This document shows, one piece after another, positions 41,727 to 51,279 of a DNA stretch of 64,000 nucleotides (its first letter is position 1; each line of letters starts with the position of its first letter). The position numbers and the translations under genes are program-made. Location: assembly GCA_963833095.1 (NCBI GenBank), contig CAWHWQ010000005.1, forward strand, positions 288,001-352,000. The letters are read 5' to 3'. The DNA comes from Vulcanimicrobiota bacterium (lineage in GTDB: Bacteria > Vulcanimicrobiota > Vulcanimicrobiia > Vulcanimicrobiales > Vulcanimicrobiaceae). The notes beneath the pieces are model-generated. The model had not been told where the DNA came from. It ran no database searches and worked only from the letters and a program-made list of their open reading frames with translations.

Positions 41727-42946
41727 AACGCCGGTTCGCGCTCGCGCTTCTTGGACTGGCAGTCGCGGCCGCGCCGCGCGCGCTTCCCGTTGACCGCGCG
41801 GTCGGATCGATTGCCGCGGCTGCGCTTCCCTATCTTCCGGGCAGTACACTGTCGATTCGGGTCGACGGCTTCAGGCCGCCTTTCACACTCTTCGTCAGCG
41901 GCCCAGGAAGCGTCGACGGGAGTACCTATCGCGTTTCGACCGGCGGGAAGCAGAGCACGCTCATTGCATCCGGCGCGCACGGCCTGGCGGTGCGCACCAT
42001 TGCGATCGCGCCAACACCGGATCCGCGCCGCGCCTTTATCGCCGTTGCAAGCTACGACGACGGGATCGTTTTGCACGATTCCATGCCCCCATTTCGCGCG
42101 CGCGCGGCACTCGGAATCGGCGGCGCTCCCGGCGACGTTGCGATCGATCGCAACGGTGCAATTGCGACGACCGCAACCGATGGTGACAGCGCGACCATTG
42201 CTTCGCTTACCCCTTGGCAAGTTCGCCGCTTCACGGGCGTAGCGCTCGGCGATGAGCTCGACTTCGATTCGCGCAGTAACGCGCTCTTCGTTACCAACCG
42301 CGATATAGACGGCTTCGGAGCCCTCACCCGCATCGCAGCCGACGGCACGGTTTCTCACCGAGTCCTCGGGCTGACCGCCGAAGGCCTTGCCATCGACCCG
42401 AAGCGTGAGCGCGTCTATGTCGCGAACGTCAACGACGGTACCGTTTCCATAGTCGATGCAACGAGCATGGTTGAGTTACGTCGCTTTGCGGTTGTCGCGC
42501 GCGTCTTCTCACTCGCTCTCTCAGACGACGGATCGCGTCTGTTTGCAGTTTCGAATCAAAGCCTGGGATCGCCGTTTTCGGCCCCCGGCAGCGTTGTCGC
42601 CGTCGACGTCATTGCCGCTGTCCCGCACGTCACGGCCCGAAGTGAACCTCTGACGTTCCCGATCGGGATCGCGTTCGACGGCGCGCACCACCGCCTCTAC
42701 GTGACCGATGAAGATACGGATGCGGTCGACGTCCTTGATGCGCGCACGTTGCGCGCCGCGCACTCGCCGTTACGCACGTGCATAACGCCGTGGAAGCCTA
42801 CGGTCGATGGACATTGGCTCTTCGTGCCGTGCGCCGGAAGCGATCAGGTCGACGTCTTCGACACAGCAACGCTGCGGCGCGTGCCCGGAGCTCCATTTGC
42901 AACCGGCGGCTATCCGCTTTCGGTGGCCGTGTGGAATCCCACCTAA
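41723..42946 (+). CDS. Secreted YncE/YVTN-type beta-propeller protein
   Basis: Repeats such as GLAIDPKRERVYVANVNDGTVSIVD; signal peptide; TTG start overlaps the upstream TGA. Confidence 0.8.
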   Translation: MKRRFALALLGLAVAAAPRALPVDRAVGSIAAAALPYLPGSTLSIRVDGFRPPFTLFVSGPGSVDGSTYRVSTGGKQSTLIASGAHGLAVRTIAIAPTPDPRRAFIAVASYDDGIVLHDSMPPFRARAALGIGGAPGDVAIDRNGAIATTATDGDSATIASLTPWQVRRFTGVALGDELDFDSRSNALFVTNRDIDGFGALTRIAADGTVSHRVLGLTAEGLAIDPKRERVYVANVNDGTVSIVDATSMVELRRFAVVARVFSLALSDDGSRLFAVSNQSLGSPFSAPGSVVAVDVIAAVPHVTARSEPLTFPIGIAFDGAHHRLYVTDEDTDAVDVLDARTLRAAHSPLRTCITPWKPTVDGHWLFVPCAGSDQVDVFDTATLRRVPGAPFATGGYPLSVAVWNPT

Positions 42947-42947
42947 A

Positions 42948-45026
42948 ATGCTCTTTCCTCTTCTCTTTGCGATTCTGCCGGTGCATCTCGATCCCGCGCC
43001 GCCGTTTCCGCGGATCGCCTTCGACGCGCCGACCATCCAGCGAGTCGCGCCCGGCGTCGAGTACGGCGAGTACGATCTTATAACCAGCGCCGGTCCGATT
43101 GTCGTTCACGCGATCGCGGTTGCACCGCAGACGCCGCAGATCGAACTGAACACCGTGCTTGCCTCCGACGCATTGCAGTCAACCGGCGAAACGGTTTCGT
43201 CGATGGCGCGGCGCACGGGCGCCATCGCCGGGATTAACGCCGATTACTTCGATATCGGAAACACCAATCGTCCAACCAACATCGTCGTGCGTCGCGGAGC
43301 GCTACTGAGCACTCCAACGAAGCGCTACGCACTCATGATCGGCAGTAACGACACTCCGCAAATCATCGAGATGACCTTTACGGGGACGCTGCAACTTGCC
43401 GATCGCACGGTGTCGCTCGACGCGGTCAACCGAATGTCCAACGATGGAACGTCGCTACTGACACCGGCATTTGGTTCGGTCGCACCGCATGACAACGTCA
43501 CCCTGCTGGCACTGACGCCGACCAGTGGAAATCCACCGTTTGCAACATATCGCGTCAGCGCTGTTCTCGACAACACGATCGCGCAGCCGCCTGGATACTA
43601 TCTTGTAATCGGCCTCGATGCATACGCGCAGGTGGGCGTGCCCAATCCCGGCGACGCGATTGCGGCGAGCGGCGATCTCGCGCCCTTCCCGCTCGCTAGT
43701 CTCACAGCGGCAGTTGGCGGTGGTCCGCTCATCTTGAGCGCTGGTTCGTGGATCGACGACCCCGATGGGCCCAGCGGTGGCGAATTTGCGCAACGCATTC
43801 CTTGCAGCGGCGCGGCGCTGAGCAGCGACGGCACCTTGTACCTTCTCGAGGTAGATGGGCGGCAACCCGAACTCTCCGTCGGCATCACGCGCCCGGAGTT
43901 TGCCGCATTGATGCGGGCGTTTGGTGGCGTACGCGGGATGGCTTTCGATGGTGGCGGGTCGTCTGAGTTGGTGGCACGCATACCGGGCGAGACGAACGCG
44001 TCACTCGTGACGATGCCCTCGGATGGACACGAGCGTAAAGTTGCCGACGGAATCTTCGTGTATGACACGGCTCCGCTTGGGCCCGCGTCGCAGCTTCTCG
44101 CCGCACAGCCGGCGGTTCGCGCGCTCCCCGGGGCAAGCGTGAGCGTGCATTTCGTCGGCGCCGACGCTGCGCAACACGTCGTTGCCCTTCCGCAGCCTAT
44201 CGACGTGCACGTCGAGCCGTCAACGCTGGGGACGTATCGCGATGGGACGTTCACCGCCGCGGAACCCGGCGAGGGCGCGCTCGTCGCACGTGCCGGCGCG
44301 CTGATTCAAAAAGTACCCGTGCACGTTGTCGCCGAGCCGGCGCGGCTCGCGATTCTTCCGCAGGTTCCAAGTGTTGCGCAGGGCGGGCGCCTGACGCTAC
44401 AAGCGCGCGCGTACGACGCGCAAGGGTATGCTCTTGCATTGCCCGCGCAACTGCCCTGGCGCGCACAGGGCGCATCGATCGACGCAAATGGAACGCTCGA
44501 CGCGGGAAACACGAACGTTCTTGTCTCGCTGCTTCTCGGCGACCATCTGGCAAACGCTCGTGTCACCGTCGGGTTTCACGACGCGGCCCTCGCCTTCACG
44601 CCTTCGTTTATGACCGCGCCACGCGGCGGCGATGGCGCTGCCGGGCCGAGTCCCGAGTGCGCGTCGTGCACCCAGCTTCGCTACTCGCTCGGGCCGCAGG
44701 AACGAGCGGCATACCTCGTCACCGACGTCACGCTACCACAAGATAGCGTCGGAATCGCGTTCGAGGTCTTCGACGACGGTGAGGGAGAGCAGCTTAAGCT
44801 CGCGCTGCGCAATGCGATTAACGAAGAAGTTCTACTCTCGGCAGGTGTCATGAATCATCCCGGTTGGCGGGCGGTAGAGGTGCGGCTGCCATCCGGGCTC
44901 GCGCAACCAGCGCGCCTCGTCGCGATCTACGTCATCGGATCGAGCGCTTCGGCTTTGCTGCGCGGCAACATTTCGGTAAGGAATCTTCACGCTGTTGTAG
45001 CAGGCCAGGAGTCGAGTCGACCCTAA
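42948..45026 (+). CDS. Phosphodiester glycosidase (NAGPA/DUF2233) family secreted protein
   Basis: AGINADYF, AVGGGP, EVDGRQ, AFDGGGSS; Ig-like and carbohydrate-binding-like C-terminus. Confidence 0.85.
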   Translation: MLFPLLFAILPVHLDPAPPFPRIAFDAPTIQRVAPGVEYGEYDLITSAGPIVVHAIAVAPQTPQIELNTVLASDALQSTGETVSSMARRTGAIAGINADYFDIGNTNRPTNIVVRRGALLSTPTKRYALMIGSNDTPQIIEMTFTGTLQLADRTVSLDAVNRMSNDGTSLLTPAFGSVAPHDNVTLLALTPTSGNPPFATYRVSAVLDNTIAQPPGYYLVIGLDAYAQVGVPNPGDAIAASGDLAPFPLASLTAAVGGGPLILSAGSWIDDPDGPSGGEFAQRIPCSGAALSSDGTLYLLEVDGRQPELSVGITRPEFAALMRAFGGVRGMAFDGGGSSELVARIPGETNASLVTMPSDGHERKVADGIFVYDTAPLGPASQLLAAQPAVRALPGASVSVHFVGADAAQHVVALPQPIDVHVEPSTLGTYRDGTFTAAEPGEGALVARAGALIQKVPVHVVAEPARLAILPQVPSVAQGGRLTLQARAYDAQGYALALPAQLPWRAQGASIDANGTLDAGNTNVLVSLLLGDHLANARVTVGFHDAALAFTPSFMTAPRGGDGAAGPSPECASCTQLRYSLGPQERAAYLVTDVTLPQDSVGIAFEVFDDGEGEQLKLALRNAINEEVLLSAGVMNHPGWRAVEVRLPSGLAQPARLVAIYVIGSSASALLRGNISVRNLHAVVAGQESSRP

Positions 45027-45036
45027 AACCGAGTCC

Positions 45037-46485
45037 ATGGGGTTTGAGGCTCTTGGTCGCCGGGCGCTTGACACGGCGAGCACTCGTGGTGCCCATTACG
45101 CCGACATTCGTTTCGAAAACGTGCACGGTGAACGCATCGAGGTGCGTAATGGTGTCGTGGCGTCACTCGCCGACGGGCAGAGTTGCGGCTACGGGATTCG
45201 CGCGCTCATTGACGGTGCCTGGGGATTCGCCGCGAGCAGTGACCTTTCCGATTCCGGCGTCGATCGGACCGCGGCTCGCGCGGTCGCGATCGCGCGAGCC
45301 AGCGCAGCGATAGCGCGCGAACGCTTCGGCGAGGCTCCGCTCCATGCGTACATCGATCGCTATCATACCCCGATCGTGCGCGATCCGCGCAAGGTCCCGC
45401 TCGGCGAACGCGTTGCGCTTCTCCTCGAAGCCGAGAAACTCGTTCATGCCGGCGAGCGTATCGCCGTCGGACGCGCGTGGCTGGACTTGTGGCGAACCGA
45501 GAAGTTCTTTTATAGCACCATCGGATCCGCGATCGAGCAAACGATCGTGCAGACGGGAAGCGGTGTGCAAGCGATGGCGGTCGGTGACGGCGACGTTCAG
45601 ACGCGCGCCTTTCCCGGCGACATCGGCCTTTACAAGTCGGGCGGTTGGGAGATCGTCGAGGAAGCAGCGCTCACGCAAAACGCGCAGCGCATCGGCGAGG
45701 AAGCCGCCGCGCTGCTTAGCGCTCCACAATGTCCAAGCGGCACCTTCGATATCATCCTCGGCGGCTCGCAGGTTTCGCTGCAGATTCACGAATCATGCGG
45801 CCATCCAGCCGAACTGGATCGCGTGATGGGATGGGAAGCCAATTTTTCCGGCACGAGTTTTCTCGAGGTTTCGCAACTCGACAAGCTGCGGTACGGATCC
45901 CCGGCCGTCACGATCGTGGTCGACAACAACCTGCCCTCAGGGATGGCGACATGCGGCTACGATGACGAGGGAACCAAATCCGGCACCTCGGACGTCGTGC
46001 GCGACGGCGTGCTGCGCGGATACGAGATGAGCAACGATACGGCGCGTGCGATCGGACGCACCAGCAACGCGTGCGTGCGGGCCCAGAGCTGGGAGTTCGT
46101 GCCCATGATCCGCATGTGCAACCTGAACCTTCTGCCGGGCGACGTCCCGTTCGAGGGGCTCTTCGACGGGGTGCGCGACGGTATTTATATGGAAGGCAAT
46201 CGGTCATGGTCGATCGACGATCGGCGCTTGAACTTCCAATTCGGTTGCCAAATCGGCTGGGAGATCAAGAACGGAAAGCGCGGCCGCATGCTCAAGAATC
46301 CCACGTACGCGGGCGTCACTCCGCAATTTTGGAACGCGTGCGACGCGATCGCTGACGTGGCGTCATGGAACGCGTGGGGGACGCCGAACTGCGGCAAGGG
46401 TGAACCGATGCAGTCCGGGCGCACAACGCAAGCCGCCTCGCCGGCGCGTTTTCGACAGGTGAGCGTCGGAGTCGGTTACCAGTGA
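45037..46485 (+). CDS. tldD: TldD family metalloprotease
   Basis: IHESCGHPAELDR (HExxxH), GYDDEG, CGKGEP. Confidence 0.92.
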   Translation: MGFEALGRRALDTASTRGAHYADIRFENVHGERIEVRNGVVASLADGQSCGYGIRALIDGAWGFAASSDLSDSGVDRTAARAVAIARASAAIARERFGEAPLHAYIDRYHTPIVRDPRKVPLGERVALLLEAEKLVHAGERIAVGRAWLDLWRTEKFFYSTIGSAIEQTIVQTGSGVQAMAVGDGDVQTRAFPGDIGLYKSGGWEIVEEAALTQNAQRIGEEAAALLSAPQCPSGTFDIILGGSQVSLQIHESCGHPAELDRVMGWEANFSGTSFLEVSQLDKLRYGSPAVTIVVDNNLPSGMATCGYDDEGTKSGTSDVVRDGVLRGYEMSNDTARAIGRTSNACVRAQSWEFVPMIRMCNLNLLPGDVPFEGLFDGVRDGIYMEGNRSWSIDDRRLNFQFGCQIGWEIKNGKRGRMLKNPTYAGVTPQFWNACDAIADVASWNAWGTPNCGKGEPMQSGRTTQAASPARFRQVSVGVGYQ

Positions 46486-47813
46486 AAGCGCCGGAGCGGG
46501 AGGCGATCGCGCGGCGCGCAGTGGAACGCTCGCGCGCGGATCAGACCGAGGTCCGCATCAGTTGCAGCGACGAGTCGCTCACCCGCTTCACGCGCGGCAT
46601 CTCGAACCAAAACGTCGCAGCCGAGGATGTGACGATTTCGATTCGAGCGATCGTCGACGGACGTACCGGCGTCGCGACCTCCAACGACACTAGCGATGCG
46701 GCGGTCGACGCGTTGCTCGCGCAAGCGCTCGACATGGCCTCGTTCGCGCCCAGCGACCCGCTCGTGCCAGTGTTGCCGGAGGGCGGTCCGGCCCAAGCGC
46801 CGGCCGGATGTTACGTCGAGGCGACGGCGACGTGCGACCCGGCAACTCGAGGAACGATCGCGGACGCCATTTTGACGCGAGTGGAGCACGAGCGTTATTG
46901 GTGCGCAGGATACGTGTCCACTTCGAGCGGCGGGACGACAATCGCCAACTCTTCCGGTGCGCTTGCCTCGTTCGACGGCACCGACGCACAGGTCAACGTC
47001 AAGGCGACGGCCCCGGACTCGACCGGCTTTGCCGAGCATTACACCGTCGACGTACGAGAGCTCGACGGGAGCGGAGTCGGTGCGCAAGCGGTAGAGCTCG
47101 CGCGGGCAAGCGCGCAACCGCGCGCGGTCGAGCCTGGACCATGGACGGTGATCTTAGAGCCACCGGCCTTCGGCGAGCTTCTGACCTATCTGCTCGCGCA
47201 TTTTTCGGCCCAAAATTTCAGCGACGGCTCGTCATTCTGCTCCGATGGACTCGATCGCAAATACTTTGACGAACGCGTTACGATGGCTGACGACTTCAGC
47301 CATCCGCTTGCACCGGCGATGCCATTCGATTACGAGGGACAGCCGAAGTCAAAAGTCGCGCTCGTCGTGGCCGGCGTGGTGCGTAACGTCGTGACCGACA
47401 GCTACTATGCAAAAAAGCTTGGCCGGCCCGACACCGGTCATGCGCTTCCCGCACCCAACGCATACGGTCCCCAGCCGCTCAACGTCGTCGTTGCGCCGGG
47501 GACGCAAAGCACGCAAGACCTGATTGCAGGTACGAAGCGCGGGCTCTTGATTTCGCGCTTCTGGTACATTCGCACGGTCGATCAAAAACGCGCGATCGTG
47601 ACCGGGATGACGCGCGACGGCACGTTCTTGATCGAAAACGGCAAGATTGCGGGCGGCGTGCGCAACATGCGCTTCAATCAAAGTATCGTCGAGGCCCTCG
47701 GCTCGGTTGAATTCTCAAACGCGCAAAAGCGCACGGGATCCTACGCGGGATCACTGGTCGTCCCGACCGCGAAGATCGACCGCTTCACCTTTACTAGCAC
47801 AACCGACTTTTAA
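46482..47813 (+). CDS. PmbA/TldE family protein
   Basis: PGPWTVILEP, PFDYEG, TGMTRDGTFLIENG; no HExxH. Confidence 0.9.
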   Translation: MKAPEREAIARRAVERSRADQTEVRISCSDESLTRFTRGISNQNVAAEDVTISIRAIVDGRTGVATSNDTSDAAVDALLAQALDMASFAPSDPLVPVLPEGGPAQAPAGCYVEATATCDPATRGTIADAILTRVEHERYWCAGYVSTSSGGTTIANSSGALASFDGTDAQVNVKATAPDSTGFAEHYTVDVRELDGSGVGAQAVELARASAQPRAVEPGPWTVILEPPAFGELLTYLLAHFSAQNFSDGSSFCSDGLDRKYFDERVTMADDFSHPLAPAMPFDYEGQPKSKVALVVAGVVRNVVTDSYYAKKLGRPDTGHALPAPNAYGPQPLNVVVAPGTQSTQDLIAGTKRGLLISRFWYIRTVDQKRAIVTGMTRDGTFLIENGKIAGGVRNMRFNQSIVEALGSVEFSNAQKRTGSYAGSLVVPTAKIDRFTFTSTTDF

Positions 47814-47843
47814 CGGCCCTTCGGGCCGATCCGCAGATTTTCT

Positions 47844-48578
47844 CTACCGCCCTCCCGCTGCCAGGGCTGCCTTCATCAGTGTGGCGCGGAGTTTGCCGTC
47901 TTCGAGTTCGAACAATCCACGGATCGTGCGTCCTCCCGGCGTCGTTACCTCATGTTTGAGCGCGCCCGGATGGGTTTCGCTCTCCAATACAAGGCGTCCC
48001 GAGCCAAGCACGGTTTGCGCGACCAATACGCGCGCCTGTTCGTACGGAATGCCAAGCGCGATCGCAGCATCGATCAGTGCTTCGATCACAACAAAGATGA
48101 AAGCCGGTCCGCATCCGCTAATCGCGGTAACCGCGTCCATCAACGATTCGTCGAGCACGAGCGTACGGCCGAAGGTATCGAACAGCCCTCGCGTTTGCTC
48201 CAGCGCTTCTTCGTTGCTCTCGCGGGCGCGTGCGAGCACCGTCATCGCAGACGAGACGCGCGCGGGCGTATTCGGCATCACTCGCACGATCCGCGCTCGA
48301 TTCGCCGTCCAGTCGCGCAGCGATCCGGTCTCGACCGCCGCGACCGCCGAAACGAGGATCTGATCTTCGCGTAGCACCGGTGCGATCTGCGTGCAGACCT
48401 CGGCGGCGTCGCGCGGCTTCACGCAGACCACGACGATGTCGCTTCCCGCTGCAACGGCGCAGTTACGTAGCGCCGACGCGCGCGTGGTCGAGTCGATCTC
48501 GCGCACTTGTGGATTGCGCTCGAAGCCCCGCTGCAGCGCACCCCCAAGCGTTCCACGACCGATGATGCCGATCCGCAT
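47844..48578 (-). CDS. proC: Pyrroline-5-carboxylate reductase
   Basis: IGRGTLG, VCVKP, RVMPNTP, TAISGCGPAF, VTTPGGRTI; SD GAGGGA. Confidence 0.95.
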   Translation of the reverse strand: MRIGIIGRGTLGGALQRGFERNPQVREIDSTTRASALRNCAVAAGSDIVVVCVKPRDAAEVCTQIAPVLREDQILVSAVAAVETGSLRDWTANRARIVRVMPNTPARVSSAMTVLARARESNEEALEQTRGLFDTFGRTLVLDESLMDAVTAISGCGPAFIFVVIEALIDAAIALGIPYEQARVLVAQTVLGSGRLVLESETHPGALKHEVTTPGGRTIRGLFELEDGKLRATLMKAALAAGGR

Positions 48579-48594
48579 GTTTCCCTCAATTAAT

Positions 48595-48633
48595 AAAAAA
48601 GACGAACCGCCCCGGTAACCGGAGCGGTTCGTC
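48595..48633 (-). terminator. Intrinsic terminator (attenuator) upstream of proC
   Basis: Minus strand GACGAACCGCTCCGG-TTA-CCGGGGCGGTTCGTC-TTTTTT, ending 16 nt before the proC ATG. Confidence 0.9.
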
Positions 48634-48656
48634 GCAAAGTGCTTTGACGACGCGCG

Positions 48657-48719
48657 CTACCGAACCGGCATCTCCTGATGCGGCTGCGGCGGGCACGGCG
48701 GGATGTGCACGTACGTCAT
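48657..48719 (-). CDS. Putative Pro-rich leader peptide MTYVHIPPCPPQPHQEMPVR
   Basis: ATG at 48719 to TAG at 48657; six CCG Pro codons, five within codons 7-13; absent from the ORF track because it is too short. Confidence 0.75.
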   Translation of the reverse strand: MTYVHIPPCPPQPHQEMPVR

Positions 48720-48731
48720 TGTCCGGCGATC

Positions 48732-49556
48732 TTACCCTGCCGCGCGCCTGCGCGTCAAGAGCACTCCAATGAATAAGGCGAGAAACCCCGCAGCAACGAC
48801 CGCCAGATCGGGAATCGACACCACCTCGATCGCCGGATAGGAAAGGACGCTGGCGCGCAATCTCAATCCGCCCAAGAGCACCGCTTGGCCGTCAGGCGCG
48901 ACGCCGATACCGTGCCGAACCGGCGCTCCGGTCTCGTCCTCGAGATCGAAGAGAACAACCGGTCCATGGATCGTCGACAGCGCCGGGATTGACGCCGCTT
49001 GTGCCGCCGAAAATAGTACCGCCTTGACAACGCGGTGTGCCGCTGGAACTGCAAACGTATCATATGGTAACGAGAAACCTGCGATCGTCTGCGTGTTTTC
49101 CATCAGTAGCACCGGTGAGAGGAAGGCGCTCCCAGTCGGCTGCGTGATCGTCAAATGCGCGCCGCGCTGATCGAAGGCCTCGACGCCAAGCACGGTGCGC
49201 GGCACGCTGCGCAGCAACGCCGTGGCGGTGTAGCGCCACGCGGCGATCGGCTGCGCATGCAACGGCGGAAATCTCATCGCTCCGCCAGCTTCGTCGACCT
49301 TCAAACTCGTGCCGGGAGCACCGATAACCGTCCGCGTATCCGGACCGAGCAGCCCGCTCGCTATCCCGGCGAACGCGATTGCACCAACGCCAAACGCGAC
49401 CAACGGGGCGCGGCGCATGCCCGCGATCGCCCACATCGCAAGGGCGGCAAGTCCTACGTTGTACCATCCTGCGTGATAGACTGCGCGTCCGGGCAGAACC
49501 ACCTCAAACACGACCGCGAGCACAACGAGCGCCGCGAGGAGCGTTGCGCTCCTCAC
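48732..49556 (-). CDS. Membrane protein, possibly a divergent ResB/Ccs1-like cytochrome c biogenesis protein
   Basis: Three N-terminal TMs with VYHAGWY, soluble beta domain, C-terminal TM; GTGA-coupled to the TlpA gene. Confidence 0.45.
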   Translation of the reverse strand: MRSATLLAALVVLAVVFEVVLPGRAVYHAGWYNVGLAALAMWAIAGMRRAPLVAFGVGAIAFAGIASGLLGPDTRTVIGAPGTSLKVDEAGGAMRFPPLHAQPIAAWRYTATALLRSVPRTVLGVEAFDQRGAHLTITQPTGSAFLSPVLLMENTQTIAGFSLPYDTFAVPAAHRVVKAVLFSAAQAASIPALSTIHGPVVLFDLEDETGAPVRHGIGVAPDGQAVLLGGLRLRASVLSYPAIEVVSIPDLAVVAAGFLALFIGVLLTRRRAAG

Positions 49557-50087
49557 GTAGCGCGCACGGCTTGACCGATCGCCGAACGCATCTGTTCGAT
49601 GGTAAGCGGCCCATCGAATCCGCGCTCGACGATACCACGCCGGTCGATCACCACCGTCGTCGGCAATCCCAAGCGCCGAAAAGACCCGTCCATATTGCTG
49701 GGCATCGTCGATCCAAATCGGGAACACGATACCGAGCGAACGCGCGAACGCCGCAGCGCGCGCCGCCGATTCGCCCTGATTCACGCCGACGACCGCCACG
49801 CCGTCTTTCGCGTACTCGCGCGCGACGGTTTGCAGATCCGGCATCTCGGCACGGCAAGGCGGACACCACGAGGCCCATAGATTCATCACGACGATTTTGC
49901 CGCGATACTGCGTCAGCGAGACCGGCGACGCCGCGATCGTCGCGAAGCGCAAAGACGGGAGCGGATCGCCCGACCAATCCAGCGGGACCCGGCCGGGCGC
50001 GCCCCGGGCGCGAAACAGCGGGACAATATGAGCAGCCGCGACCGCGATCGCCGCGAACGACAGCAGCCAACGGGCGCGCGGACTCAC
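49553..50087 (-). CDS. TlpA/ResA family thiol-disulfide oxidoreductase (one frameshift near 49665)
   Basis: N-terminal TM; YRGKIVVMNLWASWCPPCRAEMP; the LPTTVVID region is shifted. Confidence 0.85.
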
Positions 50088-50400
50088 CAATCGCCCATCC
50101 GATCTTCGTCGACTTCGCCTTCGAAGACGACCGTTCCGCTGGGCAAAACCGCCGCGAAAAACGGCATGTCGCGAAAGCGAACCTCGCGCTGCCGCGCCGC
50201 TTCGTCGCCGAGACTCGAAGAGCCGGCAGTAGCGATCCAGCACGTCGGGGCTGCAGCGCGCCACGTGCGGCGCGACGTTATAGGTCTCGACGAAACTTTC
50301 GTACGCGCGCTCGAACTCACGGCCCCAAAGCGGGCTTCGAGAACGATCTCGCGTCGGACGCGTTCCAGGGATGCCTCCTCGGTTACGGAGAAATCGCGAC
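50084..50400 (-). CDS. Small hypothetical protein (frameshifted; start uncertain)
   Basis: Fragments EFERAYESFVETYNV and FRDMPFFAAVLPSGTVVFEGEVDEDRMGDW*; stop overlaps the TlpA start. Confidence 0.45.
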
Positions 50401-50403
50401 GGC

Positions 50404-51275
50404 GTGCCCGCCCGAATACTCGACGGAAAAGCTCTTGCCGCCGAATTGCGCACGGAACTGCTCGCGCGTACCAATGCGCTGCGGGATGCCGGTATTCATC
50501 CCAAGCTGGTCATCGTTTTCGTGGGTGAAAACGAGTCGAGCGTCGCCTACGTCAGAAATCTGGTCAAAACGGCCGAGCGCGTCGGGATCGCGGTCGACGT
50601 CGACCGCCTGCCCGAGCTGCGACCGCGGCCGAGGTGCGCGCACGGCTCGAGCGGCTGCATGACGACCGTTCGGTCCACGGCGTCATGCTCCAGCAGCCGC
50701 TCCCGCCGCATCTTTCGATCCGCGAGATCGCCGACGCGATCCCGGCGCACAAAGACGTCGACGGCACGCATCCGATGAATCAGGGACACCTCGCGTTCGG
50801 CAGCGGCACCGAATACGTGCCCGCGACGCCGGCCGCGGTTATGCTGCTGCTCGAACGCAGCCCGCATTGGCCGCTGCGCGGCCGTCGCGCCGTGATGATC
50901 GGCCGATCGATCGTCGTCGGCGCACCGGTCGCGATGCTGATGCTCGCCCAGGACGCGACCGTCACCGTCCTGCACAAAGAGACGCGCGAGATGCGCCGTG
51001 ACGTAAAGAACGCGGAGATCGTCGTCGTCGCGACCGGCGTGCCGGGACTGATCACCGGCGACGACATCATGCCCGGCGCAACAGTCATCGACGTCGGCAC
51101 GACGGTCGTCGACGGCGTGCTCAAAGGCGACGTCGATTTCGAAAGCGCGGTAAAAGTCGCCGGCGCGATCACGCCGGTTCCCGGCGGCGTCGGCCCGGTC
51201 ACCAACGTCGCGCTGCTGCGCAACGTCGTCAAGAGCGCCGAAAAGATGGGCCTCTCCGCTTCGCTCGCGCTAACG
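50404..51275 (+). CDS. folD: Methylenetetrahydrofolate dehydrogenase/cyclohydrolase (frameshift near 50625; end uncertain)
   Basis: ARILDGKALA, SVAYV, HGVMLQQPLP, KDVDG, GRSIVVG, ITPVPGGVGPVT. Confidence 0.93.
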
Positions 51276-51279
51276 GCTG

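Noticed and set aside
48640..48670. T-box antiterminator upstream of proC (GGTTCGGTAGCGCG resembles GGTGGNACCGCG)
   Set aside because: It lacks the invariant UGGN bulge and there is no room for a Stem I; the leader-peptide model fits better.
48732..50474. 580-aa ORF as a single fusion protein
   Set aside because: It strings together three genes through frameshifts; internal GTGA overlaps mark the real boundaries.
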